From Perkinsus olseni (Eukaryota), in NCBI GenBank assembly GCA_013115125.1, contig JABANN010000027.1:1-64000 (forward strand): DNA of 64,000 nucleotides. The letters run 5' to 3'. The notes beneath the pieces were generated by a model. It ran no database searches and was not told where the DNA came from. It worked only from the letters and a program-made list of their open reading frames with translations. The position numbers and the translations under genes were made by a program. Each line of letters begins with the position of its first letter. The stretch's first letter is position 1. This document shows positions 57,214 through 64,000 of this stretch, piece after piece.

Positions 57214-58574
57214 ATGTCAAGTCTAACCGCGAGAGGGGGGTTGGCAGCTGTCGAGAGAACACTGTTTGATAGCTGCGGATACCTAGTACTCCGAAGAGTA
57301 TTCGATAAGGAGGAGATTAGGGAGCTCGACGGCCTTTTCGATAAGTACAGCTTGAACGGCAATTGTCGCGCGGTCAGATGGTCTCCGTGTAGGTACTCGG
57401 CGGACTTCGTGACGAGAGGTGAGGGTGTTAGTACAGCCCATAGTGACTTTTTTAAGGGAGGCTCTGGTCGGTTCGACTATGGACAAGTCTTGCAGGCAAG
57501 CGTTCGGAGCCAGCGCCTTGTTGTTGTTGGGTTGGTACTGCTGACATATTTCAGAAGTGGACGCAGGAGTCTTCAGTGTGCGCGGGTATCTTTGAGCATC
57601 CTAGGTTGAAGCCGGTGATACAAGAAATCTGTGGGGAGGTAGTAAGAACGAGTGGTGTGGACCACGTGCGCCTTTCATCCTTGGCTTGAGGGCTTCCGAT
57701 TGGATCATCTGCCACTAGCCTTCGAGCAGCATCCTGGCGGAGAGGGTTTCGACCTTCACGGTGGACGGCTGCTGCCCTCTGGCCACCTCAACTATCCAGT
57801 ACTATACACGTGAGTTGCTCGGGTGAGATCACCTCTCAGAGGTGACCTCTGGTTCTTTTCCCTCATTCGATGCGGTCCGACCGAAGGATCGATAACGAGT
57901 GGCCCTCGCCGAAATCTCCAGGCAGCTTCCTGCTAGACGAAGGCGTCGGCATGAATGGGCGAAACGGTCGTAGGATTATCGCAAGGAGTGGTATGCAGGT
58001 CCGTGGACAACACGTCAGTGCAGTGCAGTTTGTTAACAGTATCGATTGCTATTACTGATATGCCTCTGGGAGAGGGAGGCTTCGTCACACTACCTGGCTC
58101 TCACAAAAGTAGCTTCCCATTGACAGACGACATCAGACACGCCAGGCATGCAGCTGTGAAGGATATGCTGGTAATCAAGGGGTTTCAGTAGAGACACTGT
58201 CACGCCCGCATCCTTTTAGGTGCAACCAGCTCTAGAAGCCGGCGACGTTCTCTTGTTTACCGAGGCATTGATACACGGCACTCTGCCATGGAAGGGACGC
58301 CATACGAGGCGGACGCTACTGCTACGCTTCGCGCCCCCTACCTGTGCATACGCCAGAGGGTCCTATTATTAGCTGCTGGTGTTCTCGCGGTTGAGATCAT
58401 TTGACCAGGTATCTCGAGACTTCTGCTGAAGTCAGTAACCTCGACCTACCGGATTCCGTCAAGGAGATGCTCAAGCCGCCATATCATCCCCGCTTCGACC
58501 GCTCCGCTGCTGTGAAGAGATCCCCGGACCAGCTTGACTACGATGAGAGAGTTTTTGGTCGTCCTTATTACTAG
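57214..58574 (+). CDS. PhyH-like Fe(II)/2-oxoglutarate-dependent enzyme (7 exons)
   Basis: Spliced product contains LFDSCGYLVLRRVF, FEHPRLKPVIQEICGE-GFRLDH, DLHGG, GGFVTLPGSHK and EAGDVLLFTEALIHGTLPWKG..RRTLLLRF. Start codon approximate. Confidence 0.88.
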
Positions 58575-58674
58575 TGCCGGTTCATGTATCATCACTCTGC
58601 CGTTTCCATAACGCAGTGTTGCGTGCCTTGAAGATCCCAAACGGTACTACTATCATCTCAGTTATATATCTTTC

Positions 58675-61086
<2,412 letters not shown>

Positions 61087-61305
61087 GCTCAGTGGTTATA
61101 ACAGGAGCGACACATGTTCAATTGCCTGCAGAGAAAACTCATCATAAATTGCTTTTTTACTAGGGACAGCTTTACTGTTGCGTTGAGTCCATTTCGCAGT
61201 CACGCCAGCTCTTCCCTTGTTAGCGTTTACTGTCGGTTTCTCAACCACCCGTGGCCTCCTAGACGACGGTCATTACCATCATCATCAACTCCATCATAGC
61301 CACTA

Positions 61306-64000
61306 ATGCCACAGACAATGTCGTCCGCTGAAGGGAAGCCTGAGCTCAAGATACCGGGCTTGAAAAGCGACAAGGAGGCTGGAGAGGAGGAGAACCATAG
61401 AGAGAGAAGCAGCTCTTATATTGCAAGAGGATACGCGGCATGTGAATCTCGTAAGGGAATCTTAGGTCGACTCAGGAAGATACGCGAGGGGTTGGATACC
61501 TCCCCGCCGCTGAATCCCTGGATTTTGGAGAGACGATTGTTTTTCAGCGTGTGACGGACATGCGTTCTCTCGATTACGCTGCGACAGCGAGATGGGAGAG
61601 CCTCATTCCGACATCATCGAGGCGACCTTCACTGACCTCTACCAGATCAGCATGGCCTATGCTTACTGGTAGTCGGTGCTTCTCCTCGTCATTCTCGCCT
61701 ACCTAGGAGCGAATCCTATTTAGGAAGTCCGGCAAGGAGAAGGAGCATGCGGTTTTCGATGTCTACTTTCGGAAGTGCCCGTTTGGGGGAGAGTTCACTG
61801 TTTGTGCGGGTACGGCAGGCTAAGGGACCGACAACGTTGCTTTTCAGAGAATCAATAACCGCTCTCCTTGTCCTCTCTTTTTGAATGCTCTCCTTGTCCT
61901 CTCTTTTTCAATGCTCTGTTCGTCCTTTCTTGTTGAATGCTCTCCTTGTCCTCTCTTTTTCAATGCCCTGTTCGTCCTTTCTTGTTGAATGCTCTCCTTG
62001 TCAGGTATTGATGAGGTCGTGCGATACGTTAACACCTTCCGGTTCACGCAGCTCCACATCGACTACCTGCAGGTCGGCTCGCCTGTGCCTCCACCACTAC
62101 CGTATGATATTTGGTCATTTTCAGAGTCAAATGCCGGAGGCCGACCCCGAATTTTTCCAGTATCTTCTAACGCTAGATGCCAGTAACCTAACCATCCATG
62201 CCGTCCGAGAGGGAGATGTAATACCCCTACTGGCGGATCGGAGTCTGCGGTCCACCGTGATAAGCTCAGTTCGTCTTCCCCCGAGAACCGGTGCTCCGAG
62301 TGGCTGGCCCTCTGATCGTCTGTCAGCTCATGGAGACTGCTATCCTCAACTTGGTCAACTTCCCCTGTTTAGTACGACCGACGGATCTCTCGGGAATTCG
62401 CATCGCTCTTCTTCAGGTCGCTACGCAAGCGGCGCGTTTTCGAATAGCTGCCGGAGACGACGCTCAGTTGCTCGAGTTCGGCGCTCGTCGTGCTCAGGGC
62501 CCCGATGGTGCGCTCACTGCTAGCCGATACGCCTACGTTGGGGGCTTCGATGGTAGGGGTACCGGAGCTATCAGAGCGTGTGGGACGGGCTGATGCTGCA
62601 GGCACCTCCAACGTGAAGGCTGGCCATGTATTTGGTATACCCATTGCTGGTACCCATGCTCACGCCTTCGTCAACAGTTTCCATTCACTTGAGGACCTCG
62701 ACGAGGACACGAGGATGTCCCCAGATCGTAGGGGCGAGGGACAGCCGTAGTAGTAGCTGTTCATGTGCTTGCTTTCCGTCAGCTGAATCCCTCACGGCCA
62801 AGGTTAACACGCATGAGTTCGAACAGGCTTGCATCAGCGCTCGCGAGGAGCTGTGCGAGGCGATAGGCTTCCAAGTAGGAGGATGAGGTGTCAGCGAGGA
62901 GGTTGACGAAGGAATCTTTAGGTCAACTGCTGCAACGATGGCGAGCTGGCGGCCTTCATTCGCTACGCCCAAGCGTTCCCTACCAACTTCCTCGCACTTG
63001 TCGACACATATGAGACCATCCTCTCCGGAGTCCCCAACTACCTCAGTGTGGCCCTCGGCCTTTGGAGGTTCGCTCAGATCCAAGCCGTCGGCATCCGCTT
63101 GGATAGTGGCGATCTCGCGTGAGTGTATTTTCGTGGCGCGGTGACGGTATGTTGTGATGCTGCCAGGTACTTGAGTATGAGAGCCCGGGAGGTGTTCTCG
63201 ACTGCTGCTGATGCTTTTGCCAACGAAGGGTTCCAGTTCATAGCAGGATGTGAGCTCACCAGTCATGAGTCTGCTTGTGTTCATACCGTTTCCCCCAGCT
63301 CGGATTGTGGCCTCCAACGACATCAATGAAGCTGTACTGCTCTCGCTTCACGACCAACCTCATTCTATCGACTCCTTCGGTATCGGGACGAATCTCGTCA
63401 CCTGCCAGGCTCAGCCGGCGCTTGGAATGGTGTAGGGAAGCAGGTGGCTCCATCGTGTGCCTTGGCAGACTTTCGCGTATCCTTAGGTACAAGCTGGTCG
63501 AACTCAATGGTCAGCCTAGGATGAAACTGTCACAGGATTTCGAGAAACAAGGCGTTCCGTCAAGGAAGGCAGTCTATCGATTGTAGCACTCCTCTGAGCC
63601 GTTAAGTCTGCACCGCACGTGCCGTTGTGGTGGTTTCCTCAGATACGGTCAGGACGGCATGGCCATCCTTGACATCATGCAGGGCGAGGAGGAGCCCGTC
63701 CCCCAGCCCAACACCAAGGTCTTCTGTCGTCATCTATTCGACGAACAGAAGAGGTACGTCTGCTTTCAACCCCCTTCGCTCCCGTAAGCTTCCGGTTTGC
63801 GACGTCAGGTGCTACGTGACGCCGAGGAAGGTTGAGCCCTTGCTGATATGCGTGTGGAAGGATGGTAGTAAAAGTCACTACTGCTGGAGCTTTCCTCCTC
63901 TCGTCACCGATGAGACTGTTCAGGCAAAGCAGTCCATCTGACATCGTCCCCTCGCACGAAGGAGAACGATCGCCCCGACATTCACAGCGCAAAGCAGCAC
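61306..64000 (+). CDS. NAPRT: Nicotinate phosphoribosyltransferase (3' end beyond the window)
   Basis: [115 protein letters not shown] and YKLVE. Confidence 0.96.
61861..62002 (+). repeat. 26-bp minisatellite, about 5.5 units, in a NAPRT intron
   Basis: Units GCTCTCCTTGTCCTCTCTTTTT(G/C)AAT (A) and GC(T/C)CTGTTCGTCCTTTCTTGTTGAAT (B), arranged A-A-B-A-B-partial A. Confidence 0.92.

Overview
Eukaryotic nuclear DNA, about 50-55% GC, with gene-dense, very intron-rich genes (mostly GT-AG introns of roughly 45-60 nt). The style suggests a perkinsid alveolate such as Perkinsus; that is an inference, not a database match. The first ~9.5 kb is an accessory block of three tandem intronless subtilisin (S8) genes on the minus strand. 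None is a canonical intact enzyme: one has several frameshifts plus Ser->Cys, one is an intact ORF with His->Gln, and one has an intact triad but a frameshift. The spacers between them are rich in palindromes. The rest of the window is a run of spliced genes, in order: a large coiled-coil/Sfi1-like protein, Rab6, a hypothetical gene, tRNA-Ala(CGC), a 36-aa OST4-like microprotein missed by the ORF track, an ABCC/MRP transporter, a second coiled-coil protein, a USP7-like deubiquitinase, a divergent PUF protein, a hypothetical gene, an F-box protein, an R3H-SUZ poly-Q protein, a hypothetical gene, TIM22, an intronless CCCH zinc-finger gene, a PhyH-like Fe/2OG enzyme, a NEK-type kinase and NAPRT (truncated at the window end). 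The most intriguing items are a NEK kinase with receptor-like topology, a PhyH enzyme with a halogenase-like HxG motif, the pseudo-protease subtilisin array and clustered hairpin arrays. Exon joins were read by eye and several gene ends are approximate.
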